Assembly: GCA_907165135.1 (NCBI GenBank)
Contig: OU015569.1
Coordinates: 7,502,001 to 7,566,000 of the forward strand
Origin: Oikopleura dioica
Lineage: Eukaryota > Animalia > Chordata
DNA: 64,000 bases
Direction of reading: 5' to 3'
Below are positions 23,497-36,576 of this stretch, in pieces. The notes beneath the pieces are model-generated. The model did not search any database and was not told where the DNA came from. It worked only from the letters and a program-made list of their open reading frames with translations. Each line of letters opens with the position of its first letter. The first letter of the stretch is position 1. A program made the position numbers and the translations under genes.

Positions 23497-26059
23497 TTAT
23501 TTTTTGAAAAAACGATATTTCCGTGAACTGGCAAGTGAACCTTTCTCAAAATGTTTTTGCTGAGATTCGGCATCTTCTGATTGCAGTGCCAGTTCCATTC
23601 GAGCCTTTTTGAGAATGAAGGCGCGTGTTATAATTAAAGAAAAAGGCGCGTTTTCTCCACTTTCCTTGCTACGATGCCAGAAGAGCCGCCAGTGATCAAG
23701 AGCTGCGATTCCTTCAAACTCGAGTGACAAAAGATTTAATACTGCAAATTTAAACTACACTACATTTGATCGAAAGATGAATTATGTATTAGTTGGTATG
23801 CAAAACGAAATTGAATAGAGAATTACACCTTTGGAATAAATTTCTTCCGCTTTGGCAAAGTCCCGGCAGCTTTCATGCTCCTCAGCTTGTGGGCTATTTG
23901 ATTAAGTGACCTAGTGCTTAATTAAAGGCTTTCTTACATAAAATCTCTTAATTGCAGCATCTCGGAGAGACTCTTTGTGACAATGACGAAAAAACTATGA
24001 CGTCGAGCTCAAGTTCAACTTTTCCCAAAATAACAGTCTCGCGCCTTACGCTCGATAGCTCTCTAAAGAGCATCCCAATCTAATTTTCGGGGAAGCTTCC
24101 CGTTACTACCGAAAATGCGCAAAATCGTATCACTCATTCATTGAGAGGAAGATGGGCGGGCCACCTGCTGATTTATTCCAGAACAGGGCTGGGCGGCAGC
24201 AAGTGGCTTCTTTCGCAGCCGCAAAAGAGCTGAACAAGACGGATTAGCCGAGCCGGTTACGTAAGCCGAAAAAGGATAATTAACACACTGCAAACCACGT
24301 TCTGAGAATTTCTTTCCAAGAAGCTGGATGTTTCAATGTCACGTTAGCGTCTGGTAGTAAACATGTTCGCCGCTTGTACTATTAATTACCTCTAATTACG
24401 CCATTATTGAATACCTACAAATGTGGCAAAACTGTTTTTGCTTCTAAAAATAAGGTATTCTAGGAAATGAGGGATGAACTCGTGAAGACTCCAGTCGAGC
24501 GAGGCAGAACTCGATCTACGATTGACGCGAATACAGCACGCGTTCTCATTCATTAGAGTTCTTCTCTTTCACTGGAAACAAGGATAAGTCCACTCGTGTT
24601 ATTCCATTCCAAATGCGCAAATCGTAAACAATCGAGCGAGAATTTTTTAACGGAAAATCTCAGAAACGATATTTTATTCAGGAGAAATTAGTCTCAACAG
24701 TGCGAGTTCAGATATTCTTCCAGAATTTTGAAAACAGATAGTGCTCGAGAAAATATGGAGTCCTCAATTTTGACGATGATGCTACCGCCAATCGGGTTTT
24801 CATTTGAAATGCTTGTTCGGAGAAACTGCATCGTGAAGTCGTTTAATATCTCTTCGTATTCTTGAAGCTTATCCAACTCGGCTATTTCTAGGGACTCGCT
24901 TTGTGAAAAAGAGGTCATTTTTGAAATATCATCCAGGATACACACGATTTCAGAAATATTCACTATTTCCATCTTCTCGGTCAGAAAAAGTGTTCGGAAA
25001 ATTTTACTCTTGCGTCGATCTAGGGCAGTGTATAAATGTTGTGAAGCAGCTGCGCTTGGATTTTTCAGAGTCAGTAATGATTCGCAATGAATTACAATAC
25101 CGCTTATCGAAGAAGACCGAATGATCGCATCGTTATTTTATCTTTAGTGTGGCTTTTTCCGATGTTCAGGCAAGTTCCTCGGATATTCTGAAAACAGTGC
25201 GCTTCTTTTGAATATGTCCTTGATCTTTTGTCGCCAGGAATTGAGCTGTTTATCTTAGGCGGTTATTTTGATACCGGCTCTAACGTGCTACTGGATTTGT
25301 TTCCCTTTTACGAAACAGTTCTTGAATTCTGTTAAATACTGCCACTGTCTAACGTGAGCAAGCGCCCATCAACAAAAAGCTGCATCGAGATTGCCAGAAA
25401 GAATAATGTCAGTGAAATAGTTTAATATACATTTTCATGGAGGTGGAAATAAGCAAGAAAAAAGGTTGAGCCAGTAGAGCTGATCCAAGCTAGAGCGTTT
25501 CTCTCAAGACGAGGGAGTAGTCTGGTGGCAGGTCCCCAAATGGTGTCTTGTGGCCCACTGAAATGAGTAGTTGTGCATTCGAACTCCGTGAAGTCTAACA
25601 CAAATGGGGCCATAAATTAATACGCTAGTTACGATGTTTCGGAAAGCCAATTAAAATATTTTGTTTAAATATGATTCACACAATCTCATCATTTTGAAAG
25701 AAAACCGCCGCACTCAATTACCGGTCATGTGGTAGAATCGATGAGAAATTCTCTGTTCGTCAATGAACTCCACTGCCCTTGAGCATGAATCTTGCGCAAC
25801 CGATTTTTCAAACGAATAAACTAATGCTTTACGAGGGGGCTTTCATACCTTCTCGAACTCGTCGCATTACTTCCGAAGTCTTAGAAGTCGAGTAGCTTTC
25901 GAAGTCCTCTGTCACTGTTTGGGAGAACTCGTCGTGCGGTATCAAATAAATCCCATTTCTACCGACTGTTCCGATCGGCGAAGGATCTTCTTTTGGGGCA
26001 GACGCAGCTACCTTTGCAGGGTTTTTCACTGAAATAGAGGTCATTAACATTATTGACAA
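23497..26059 (-). CDS. Coding-like exons of one or more unidentified genes
   Basis: Several minus-strand open frames have protein-like composition (23497-23730; 24694-about 25140 open for about 150 codons; 25422-25613; 25829-26059 ending at a GT donor). No family was recognised. Confidence 0.35.
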
Positions 26060-26261
26060 CTGTAGATTGTAGATTTATTTGCTAATTTGGCGAGGAAAAA
26101 TGTTACTCTTGGTCAGCGAGTTGTTGGAATAGGGGATAAATGTTACGGGCCAGGTAGGCATAATAAACGAATCAAGCTGGATCTTTGCTTTGGATGAACA
26201 CATCCTGATCACATCCAATTACATCATGTATTGATGGTTTCCTGCTGCTTATTAAAACCAC

Positions 26262-27177
26262 CTAATCCAGTTTTCTAAACAGCGATTCAGCCGAGTTCAT
26301 TTCTCGTCGTCTTGAGGACTTACTATGTGGAAGTTTCCATAAACTATTATTACGTGCAATTTAGACCATCAACTTTAGTTAATTTATGTTAAACTATGTC
26401 AACGACTCAACTAATTGCTTACATTTAATATGATATATGAGGCCAACAAATAACCAGAGGAAGAAACAAATCGCCAGAACTCCTCCAATAATGTAATACG
26501 AAATCGGGAAGAGCGCTTCTTTCAGAATCTCTGAGCTTCCAGCTACTTCTATGAAATTAAAAAGGACTGCTTGTCGCTTGTCATTGTCTCTTGATTAAAA
26601 GTGGACGGTTGCTTCTCAAATGGGGAAATTTAGAGGACGGCGCGCTCGTTAAATGCTCCAAAGCTCCCCAACAGATCTCCTTCTGACGACATTTTTGTTT
26701 TTGACTTTTTATTGCGCATTATGTAGCTTTCTTTCAGCTGCGGTTTTTGAGGATTGGAAAGTAACTGTAGCGCAAGAATAGGCAGTAGGTATAATTTCCG
26801 CACTCGATCTGTGTTGAACCACGTGCTCGCTGATAGTAAAGAGAGCTACTATTAGATGAACGGTGACCTGACGAGAGAAGAATTTTTGCGTCCGTTCTCT
26901 TATACTGTTTACAAAGCGAGATCGGCAAAGTCTTAAGGTAATAATATTCTGACTGTTATTGAAAAATTGACGAACTCGGATAATGAGAGTAGACGAAGAT
27001 AAGAAAAACGAGGCTAGCGGATTAATTACGGGAGTTATTTTTAGCAAGTATTATGCTCTCGATGGCTTTATTTACGTCGAAGGTTTTATTACCTTCCAAA
27101 AAAGCTTGACCTAGTATAGGGTTATCAAAACAGCTCGACTTGAAGAGACAGAGCAGCAGTAATGCTTGAATCATCAT
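26262..27177 (-). CDS. Small single-pass (type I-like) membrane protein, unidentified
   Basis: Signal exon MMIQALLLLCLFKSSCFDNPIL|gt; Cys- and N-x-S/T-containing segment 26734-26928; TM exon YYIIGGVLAICFFLWLFVGLIY (about 26440-26530); basic tail WKLPHSKSSRRREM...KLD*. Not all junctions were resolved. Confidence 0.5.
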
Positions 27178-27216
27178 TGTCTTCAGTGATGTAGTGTATT
27201 TAAATTCACGTGGCGA

Positions 27217-27775
27217 ATGTCGTCGGAAATCGGCAAACTCGGCGACTGTGGAGTCGAATCAGAATTCGGATCAGGCGCAAGAGTCACAAGCTTTGAAAAA
27301 AAAATGACGAAAACTTTAAATTCTCACGTTCGATTTCACCCAAGTCTCTTTTTTTGTTATAGCTCTAAAACCAATCATGCGAAAATTACAACTACCGCAC
27401 TTCTTATAACAACTGGCAGATGCCAACTTCCTAACTTTTTATAAGTTATCAATTATAAGTTAAATGGGATAAAACTACGTCAAATAATCACATGATATTT
27501 GCGGGCAGATATTGTGCTTCTTCTTGCGTTTATAATAACTCTGATTATCAAATATTTTATCAGAATATCATTTTATAATCAGACGCTTGATTATTTACGT
27601 GATTTTACGTAAGATTTGCTTTATTGAAACAAGACTATTTTATTTTTCAGAAATATATACAGATGTTTCTGGAACTGATGCGAGGAGAGTATTTCAATTT
27701 CGAGGCCATTGTGACTGTAGGGATGAGTTCAGTTTCGAACGAAAAAGTACAGAAAACTGTTTTTAAAAATTCTAG
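27217..27775 (+). CDS. Possible small gene divergent from the membrane-protein gene
   Basis: True ATG at 27217 (MSSEIGKLGDCGVESEF...) and a tttcag acceptor at about 27650 followed by an open frame. No homology was recognised. Confidence 0.25.
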
Positions 27776-30700
27776 AGTTTTGAATCGTCGCTTTCGCGAG
27801 AAAGATCGGAAGAAGTAGTGAGCTCGTTCTTTTCTTTGAGCATCGCTAATCCATCCAACAGCGTCGGGTATATGCCAACATTGACCTCTTCAGAGATGCC
27901 AGAGATATTGAGCAGATTCATTGTTTTCTCACTGACACAGCAGAAGCCAACGAAGTCTAGAAATTGGATCAAAAATGTAAAAATGGCCGAAGACTTAACA
28001 AACTTCTTCAATTTACTTGTAAGCGACGCATCTACCTGAAATTATCAATACAAATTTGGGATTTCTTTTATCAAATGGACAGGAGATTGCGGTTGTTAAC
28101 TATTTCGCGAAATTACGACGGGCAATGTCCTGTGGCATGTTAGTGTATTCAGATTAAAGTCCAGAAAATAAACGCTTTTAAGGGTTCGTCCAAATCGGAA
28201 TAATTCAACACGCCATGGAGCAAAAATGGACTTGTTACAGAACACTGCATTCAAAATAGATTCAGGGGCTAGGGGTGACTCTTCAGGCAGTAAGATGCAT
28301 GAAATGGAATTTCGATTGACACGTCTCGACTTCAAATGAAATCGAATAATGCGCTCATAACGGTGAAACGTAATAGAAGAGCCTATCTCTCTTACCAATA
28401 TGTTTTATGACGGCTTCGAGCGTGTTCCGGCCAACACAATCGATGTAAGACACCTCCGAAAAGTCCAACAGCATCTGGCCGCGTCTGGGAAGCGCCTAAA
28501 CCATCAAAATTAGGAGATAACTCGCCGTGACTTTGCTCGCAATTTCCTTGCTCCTTGGCAGCCCCAGAATGGACTTGGATCTTGTTGGACAAACTAGATT
28601 AATCAGCTTTGGGAACTTACAACGAGAACTTTCTCAGCTGAAGCGAAATCGAGTGAACCAGGCAATTTATAGATCGGGTACTCAGAAACATTCAACGACT
28701 CGTACTGCTCTTCAAGGAGAGCTCTTGCAAAGTTCTTCGAAGATCTTTTATTGTTAAATCGTACGTAAGAGGCTCCCGTTTCCTGTTTCTCTAAAAATAT
28801 CTCCTTCTGGCGTCGTGCCGAGTTCGGCAACAACAACGTCGGTTTTGCGCACCACCACCGAGAGTAAAAGAATAAGGATAGCTAAACCAAGACCAAGATC
28901 GATTCCAAATACGAGAACGGATATGAAGGAGCCCACCCAAACGCCAAAGTCGACTTTTGAAAACTTCCAGAGTTCCGGCAACGCGTGGAACTGGATGAAC
29001 ATGCCTCGCAGATTAACAGCGATCACACTCGCCAAAAGTGCTTTGGGAATCACCGAGAAGTACGGGCCAGCGACGACTAAAATGAATAAGACTTGAAGTC
29101 AAGTCCAGTCACTTACGGAGAAATATTAAGATAACGATACATGACATGATGCCAGCGAGCTGAGTTCTTCCTCCAGAAGCCTAAAGGTCATATTTCGTCA
29201 GGCATTAATTAGAAATTATCGATTCGTCCTGATTCACTTGGCTCTCGAGTATAATATTAACTGTCTAGAATCTTCTCCTGTATACCAATTAAAGTAGGTT
29301 AGTCAACATAATGTTACGCAATGTTTTCTAGTGATTTTTCTTTCCCGTATCTATTTCCCAATGAATCAAATTTGAAGCTAAGAAGAAAAAAACACCGCCA
29401 AGATTGGAACGTGACGAGTTCGAGAGAAACTCCACGTTCAAAGTTCGTTTCTCACCTCTTGTAATGACGAGCGCGAGAGGGATGCCGCACCTGGAATTGA
29501 TGAAAAGAACGCAGAGCCTGAATCACTCAAATTAAAACAAACTCGAGTTAATTAATAAAACTAGGAATTTTAAAGAAGTCTGCCTTACAAATATTCGCGA
29601 TGCCGATGGCCAGAGCTTCTTGCATCGCGTCGATTTGGTAGTTGTTCTTTTTGTGGTTTAAATAATTGCGATTTCGGATAATTGAGAAATGCAATCAATG
29701 AACCAGCCTTGAATGCGAAGAGTTTGCCCAGAGAAAGGTTTGTCGAGTAGGCCACGACAGAGATCGGAATTACTTCGGCAATCATTTTCGACCACAGTGT
29801 GACATCGGGAAGCACAGGCACCGGCAGTCCTTTCGGTATTTCACCTACTTCGGGTATTTTGCCTAAACTTCCCCACTCGGGCGCGAATGTTTGCGAAATG
29901 GCGAAAATGACAATCAGAAGGAGCTCCCCGGGAATGGGGAATCCGCGCAGCTTCTCTTTGTATTTTCTCGAAGCCCACTTTGATTGGGTTAATGGTTTTC
30001 GCTGGTGTTTTGAGTACCTTGATTGGGACGAGAATGGAGATGCAAATGATGGAGACAACGATGGAGCCGACGTTTGCGTGCTTGAGACTTTTGAGAATAT
30101 TCACCCAGGTTACAAATAATCCACCAACATCCATGTTTCGAGGGACGTGAATTCTCGTCAGTCCGAGCTTGGCGGGATCGTCATTGCGACAGTAATCGTG
30201 CGCATTATCGACATTTGAACGATGTTTGATAATAAGAGCGATGATAGACTCAAAACAGGGCATTAAGTGCGGTGCAAAAATTGTTAGCAAATTGTGTCCA
30301 CTTGCAAGAGCGGAGTGGTGGTGGTTTCTGCGGTCTCAAAGAACCCACTGGATGATGCTCTCCCGATTTGAGAAAAACCGGGGCTTGGTAAATAAGTTAA
30401 GCTACTGTAATAAGCTTGAAAAACGACTTGCAAGCCGAATTACTTGTAGAGCTAATTTCCGCGTCTTGGCAAGCGCGTACGGCAGATTCTAGGACCCCCA
30501 CCGTCAAGCCAAAATTTGATACACTAAGCCTAAATCGTGTTCGACTTTTTGCTTTACACATGAACGATGATCCCAGATCATGACGGTGACTTGTGACGTA
30601 AGGACGAAAAATGCAGCAGCTGTCGTGAACCCTTAAAGAAACCCGATTATACAACAATACATTTCGAACTTATTCCGAACGCGAGAGTGCGTGCGGGTGA

Positions 30701-32517
30701 TTACTGCAAAATCGCCAAATTTGTCGCGAAGTATCAGCGAAAATGTCACACTTTCTAATCGCCTGTAACCCTGTGAAAGTTCAACAGCGTCGGTCACCAG
30801 TCGACGAAGCGAAGAAATGGTTTTGTAATTTTAATAATTATGAAATACAGTATTGAAATATACCTTGGACCACGTGTCTGGGCAAAAGAAGGGAAAGCTT
30901 TCCTATTTGAAATATCCCGAAGGCCACTTGAAGAATACCGCATAGCATTGTTGCGGACACGACGTACTCAGATTGGTGTCCTCAAAATTAAAATTTCGAT
31001 TTGGTCAAGAAGCCCCAAAACATCGCAATCAAAAGCGTGCATTTACAATTCGTCTTGATACAGACATGAGTTCGGACGAAGGAGTTTACAGGCACTTTCG
31101 GAAGTTGAACGTGGTGCTTAGGTCGTTGACAAAGTCTCATCCTAATCCAAACAGCAGTTCAAAAGAAAACTAAAACGATCATCTCCCCTGTCAGAATCTG
31201 AATTTATGAAAATTAACTTTCCGAAAATGATGGATAGAGACCAGCTAAAATGCACGGAAAACGACGCCCGAAAAATGATTATACACTTCTTGGGACACTT
31301 TCCTGGAGTTTCAGTTGAGTGGCACACGCTTCGTTAGCTAAGGGAATCCTGTCGTGCGGGATCCGAGTTTGTTACTTATGACTTGCCTTGTCACACGGTT
31401 AGTAATCGCTTGTTGTACACATGTACACGTTACAACGACAAAGGGTATTTGGGGAAGAATACGATTGTCAGAGTAGGGAGCCTAAGATTAATCCCATTTC
31501 GAAAAGCGTCTTTCGTTCTTTACCACGCAAGTTACCCAAAAATTAAGCTCTTGGGAAAGTTTAAATTCAACTCTGAACCATTCCTGTCATATTCGTCCAG
31601 TACTTCGTTTGAAATGTTTCTGCTTACTGTCGAATTCGCCGTGTTGCAAACTGAAAAGTCGATGTCTTCTACCATTGTTCCAACCATGAGTGAAAGGACT
31701 GCGAACGTTCCTGAACTCACAATTGGCAAGAGTACCGCTTTTTATTTTTCATTATCTTTTCAAAATACAAAAAAAAAACGAAATGCAAAAACTAAGCAGT
31801 TATTCCGGCTCAAAGGATCTTTGAGATGCTTGTGGAGAAAAACTATCGTTATGTAACATTTTTATGGTAGGGCTACTGACCGACAGAAATGTGACGAGAG
31901 GTCGCAAAGAAACTGTAAAAGAGGCATGTGAAGAATTCAGTGTAGAGTCCGTTGATAGGGGGCACGTTTGCAAGTGCACCGTAGGCAAGTCCCTGTGGCA
32001 ATCGAATGAAGGCTACAGTAACAGCTGATATCAGGTCCGAGAAAAACGCCGACTTCGTGTAGCCAGACAGACTAGAAAAGTTAATTCATACAGATAGCAG
32101 TTATTTTTATGCGCAGGGCGGTAGTGAATCTCGGTTTTGGGCGCGGTTGAATTCAAAAATTTAACCCATCTTTCCAAAGTGGAGAGAATTCTCGGAATGT
32201 AAGCTTTTTAAAGGCGGCGCTGGTCAAAAACTGATTGAAAACAGTCTCAACTTCGGCAGAAATGTAACCAAACTCTTACTGGATGCGATATATTCTAAAG
32301 CCACTGTCTACCGCCAGAACAGCGCTTCTTGGTCAAGTATTTTTACCCGAGCGGTGAGTTTTTTGGTTGCTGAGGCGTCTTCGACGTTTCCCAGAAAATC
32401 AATCTGACAACGCTTTCTTTCAGCTTACCTGTCGAAGAAAGGCAGAAATGTTGTACGGGCCCGTTTCTTGTAATTGTAAGACTTCACCTTGCGTAATAGG
32501 GCAGAATTAGGGTTCAT
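27772..32517 (-). CDS. SLC26 sulfate/anion transporter (prestin/pendrin-like) with STAS domain
   Basis: DLISAVTVAFIRLPQGLAYGALANVPPINGLY; SRHISV|GTFAVLSLMVG; GFTTAAAFFVLTSQ; PIPGELLLIV; YQIDAMQEALAIG; SLSRSSLQE|ASGGRTQLAG; IPKALLASVIAVNLRGMF; STAS YPTLLDG. The start codon is uncertain. Confidence 0.93.
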
Positions 32518-33530
32518 TGTTAATCACGGAAACGCCTTCAATTTGACAGGTTTAAAGTTTATGAGAGTGAACTATTGTCTCTTAGTTTTGACACGCCTTT
32601 GTCAATGCCCAGAATTATGAAGAATCTTCGAGAATAAACGACTTCGTTCAAATTATTTTTTACGGAAAATTAATCGAAAGTTCCCACCAAATTTTGAACC
32701 CTAATCATTTCCTAAAGACGGCTGTAGATGCGGGCTGAAGTTGTTTGTTTCTCTAAATTTGGCTTCGGAAATCGGCTCCCTCCTTAGCGTAATCGTCATC
32801 GTTCCAAATTAAAATTTTCTCAATTGCTCGAAACACAGCGGCGAACTTAACTGTTTACTGATGATTTTATAGAACAATGTGGGAGATATCCAAGGTATTG
32901 ATTTTGGTAAATTGCTGCAGGAGCGCCATCAGCCGAGTTGATTTTTTATTGGGAAATTTTGAGCCCTAATTTTAGTACTCAAACCGAGACCTGAGGGGCG
33001 TGAACCACTCACAGTGGGTGATCTATGCAAAATTGCCGAGTGTGCATTTTCCTGCTGCGCAAAAGTTCACTGTACCTTTTAGCAAGTTGGTACTACGAAC
33101 CTAGAAGCAAAAATACAGACGCGTAAAAAATCCGCGAATTTCAGACTGTGGAAGTGGCCAAAATGATCTTTTACATACTGTTTTCTGTAGAGCTTCTTAT
33201 TTCTGAAGTTTTCTTAGCGCAGCTCTTATGTATTTTAGTAAAAAAGACGTTGGCAAAGTAATAGTGCGACGATTGTGATAAACAAGTTTATCTCAGTTTG
33301 ATGATCTTATTATTGTGTAAAAATTCGGTTTTTGTGTGCTCTTTATCAATGATAAGTGTGAGTTTATTTGGGAGGTTTGTTTGGGCGCCTTTGACGTCAG
33401 GTGACCGCGAATTTTTTCGCCCCTTCCTATGACATACGACAATTCAGAAGGTAGCCAAGCGATCATCTTGTTTGCACCTCTCTGTCTCCATCAAGCTCTT
33501 TTGGCTTAGATCAAGAATCGCTATTCAAAA

Positions 33531-36073
33531 TTGGGATCGAATGGATGCTTTTCAAACTGGCTTTTCGATGCCGGCGACAGTCACAAACTAGTTATGATTG
33601 ATACTGTTGGAACAATCGTTACAGTCTGTCCAAAACAACCAAGACTGACAAAAGAGATTCAGAAAGAAAAGCAACATCTATCAAACCTATTTGCTCATTC
33701 GATTCTGAGGATAAACGTCATTGAGACTGGCCGTTCTCAAGCGACTTTGAACTCGAATGAACTCTTTTCTTTACTGTTATCTTTCAGATCTGACTGAAGC
33801 TGCTCTTACAGAATGTTATGCGAGTAAAAGACCTAAAGCGGCTCAATTTTAACAGATGATGACGAACTGTGAAATTTTTCCTTTAGAAAGCGATAAAGAG
33901 ATTAAGCTAAACTATTTCGCTTTCCAAAATCCAATACAAGACTTTGGCCGCTTTTTCGGTATGAACAGGGCTTACGGCTAAACGGAACCGATCCGCTGAC
34001 CATAAAGCCACTTACTAAGCCAGATACTGTACTCGGCCGCGTATAGTCAGCAGAGCAAAGTGCCTGAGAAGTCGGCATCAAAGAGTCAGATCTTCGACCG
34101 AAAATTTCAGTGAGGCGCTCAATCGATGAAGGGATGAGATCATCCAGACTACAACATCTATGAAGCCTGCTGTGTGCTTCCTGCGGCAATTGGCATAATC
34201 CCCGGATTTGCCAATTATAATACCTGTGCTTATTTTCCCATGAAGAGCGCTGATGTGAACGAAAACCTTCTCACTGACGAGAGTGAGCGCGATAAATACT
34301 CTGCTAAGAGTTGGGAAATTAAGATTATTTTGCCGGCACCGGCTTCTTTCAAAAATAATACAAATAATTAAAAGCCGCTCTTATCATTTCAAAACTCTTC
34401 CTTGAAACTAATTCTCTGCTTGAACGAAGATATTGAGCAAAACAATTCGCATCTGTAACCTAGAAATTACTTAGACTTTCTTGTACGTTTGACTTTATCA
34501 AATTTACGTTAAAAATCTATTGAAGCGGGCCCTTAAATTACTTGTTCGAACTGCTCGATCATGGATCAAGAATCCAACAAGTCGCAGCGATGATTCGGAG
34601 AACATTAAAATGGAACGTTTCATTAGTTCACGTGGCCCTCGTAACATGCGAGCATCTCGAGGGTATCCTGAGTGTGTGGAAGCATAATTACATGCGAGCA
34701 ATTATCATTAGCTTTTTAAAACAAAAAACAAGCAATCGAGTCTTCTCCATTCGATCAGGGGAAGATTTGCCGACAAGATAGTAACAAACGATTTATTAAC
34801 AAATCTTATTTTAACGCATGGAAGCCACAATCCCTAGCCAAAGGGTTTCTTGGAGACTTTCTGCCTGACTATGACTGTTGCTTTTACGAGTTCCCTAATC
34901 TAGGCTTAGTGGGTCGCTCCGAGCTATATCCACGAGGAAAGCTTTTGACAGGCAAATCGAGACTTTACGAACTTCATTTGATTGATTTTTATTGTTCGAG
35001 GAGGCGACAGCTTTGGTCCCTATTATTGACAAATGAGCGCATTTTTAAAATTATCCTCTCTGACTTACTTGGTTTAGTATGAAAAAAACTGTATCACGAA
35101 CCCACCTGTAGAGAGATAAACTGTATTATTTAATTGAAACTAAGGCCTTAATCGCTGCACCGGGAGCAAAGTATTTTGATATCACGCAAGCAGTCTTCTC
35201 CACAATCGATTCTGAAGATTCTAATACAAAGCGAAGACGCTTAGCCGTTAATAATTAAAACAGTTGAATTTTTAAACTGAATCCCTCCGTCATCAAGTCC
35301 GGATTTTCGAAGAACACTTATACGTAGAAAGAGAGCAGTTTTCGCGAGAAGAAAGAGAACTTTTTTCCTCATTCAGATTTCCTTGATCGTGTAAAAATGG
35401 ATACTTATGTCGCGCTGCTTATCGTCAGCGGGCTCGGGATTTCGGAAGACAATACTCGTTGAAAATAAACATGTCTAAAAATCCTCACGGAGCTTAATTT
35501 TCATCTATCCGACGATCGCTGGGGTGCTGCATTTCGCATATGACGTGCGCCGGGGCAGAATATCCAAGGAAAGCGGGAGCTCTTCGATTTCCGCCGCTTT
35601 CCCCGTCTTCATGGCAATTTCGAAGCTCCCTTGCAAGAGAAAAAGACGAAATAGGGAGCTTGGCCCACACAGCCACTCGGTGCACTTACGAATCAAGAAG
35701 GAAGACGAAATCATTATTAATCGAGTGCTGGCTACTGACAAGCAATTGACAAGCAATCTACTGTGACTGACTGGCCTTTGCACTGGCAACAGCTGCCTAA
35801 ATAAATCACTTATGAAGCTGGTTAAGCTGGATGTCTCGTTCGAGTCTGTAATCTTTAGGTGAGGCGTGCTGCAAGCAAATGCAACCAAAATCTTTATCGG
35901 AAGCGATACGTTCTAACCTACCTCAATCCGTTCCTTTATGCATCCGAGTCGAGGACAAGTCTGTGGTTCCAAAAAAGGATTGGATTATTGAACTTCAATT
36001 TCCAGAACTGCAAAGCATTAGAAAGTGCCTAGAATCATCTGAAAATCGATTGTTGCGAAAGTACAGAATGTAG
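33531..36073 (+). CDS. Unidentified multi-exon gene (coding-like blocks)
   Basis: Successive + strand open frames: 33531-33797, about 34140-34371 (HPDYNIYEACCVLP...), about 34800-35080 (FNAWKPQSLAKGFLGDFLPDYDCCFYEFPN...), about 35330-35460, 35680-35766 and 35879-36073. Not assigned to a family. Confidence 0.35.
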
Positions 36074-36197
36074 AAACTTTAGAAGAATTGCAGATTTTTG
36101 TGTTGTGCACACGTGTCTCCTTATGAACATTGATTCTTGAGAGCATCTAAAATTGAAAAACCGTCAAAGATTTTTTTCTCCACAGAAGGAAAATTAA

Positions 36198-36576
36198 GGA
36201 GGGGGTCGACGAGAATCGGGATTTCCGTGACCAAAAATGCGGGAAAACCTGATCAGATAGGCAAAATCTGAATTTACTGGCAAATAGAAAAGGGTTGAAA
36301 AAATTAACCGGCGAGAAGTAGAAAAAATTTTGGCCAGAAAAAATCGGTCAAAAATGCCGTCAAAGTAGGGCCCTATTCGCGAAAATGCACCAAAAATAGT
36401 CATTTTTTTTACATTTTTCTTAATTTTACCCCCTAAATCTTATTTTTATCGAATGATTTTAGGCTCAACAGATTTGTGAGAATCTGTAGATTCCAAAAAT
36501 ATAAGATTCATGCACAGACCATGTGTATACGCGAAATTAGGATCACCCCTGAAAAAATTCTCGTCGACCCCCCCCC
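36198..36576. mobile_element. 379-bp MITE with GG..CC termini and TTAA duplication (Kolobok-like signature)
   Basis: TTAA 36194-36197 and 36577-36580; TIR GG(A/G)GGGGGTCGACGAGAAT / ATTCTCGTCGACCCCCCCCC. Confidence 0.88.
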
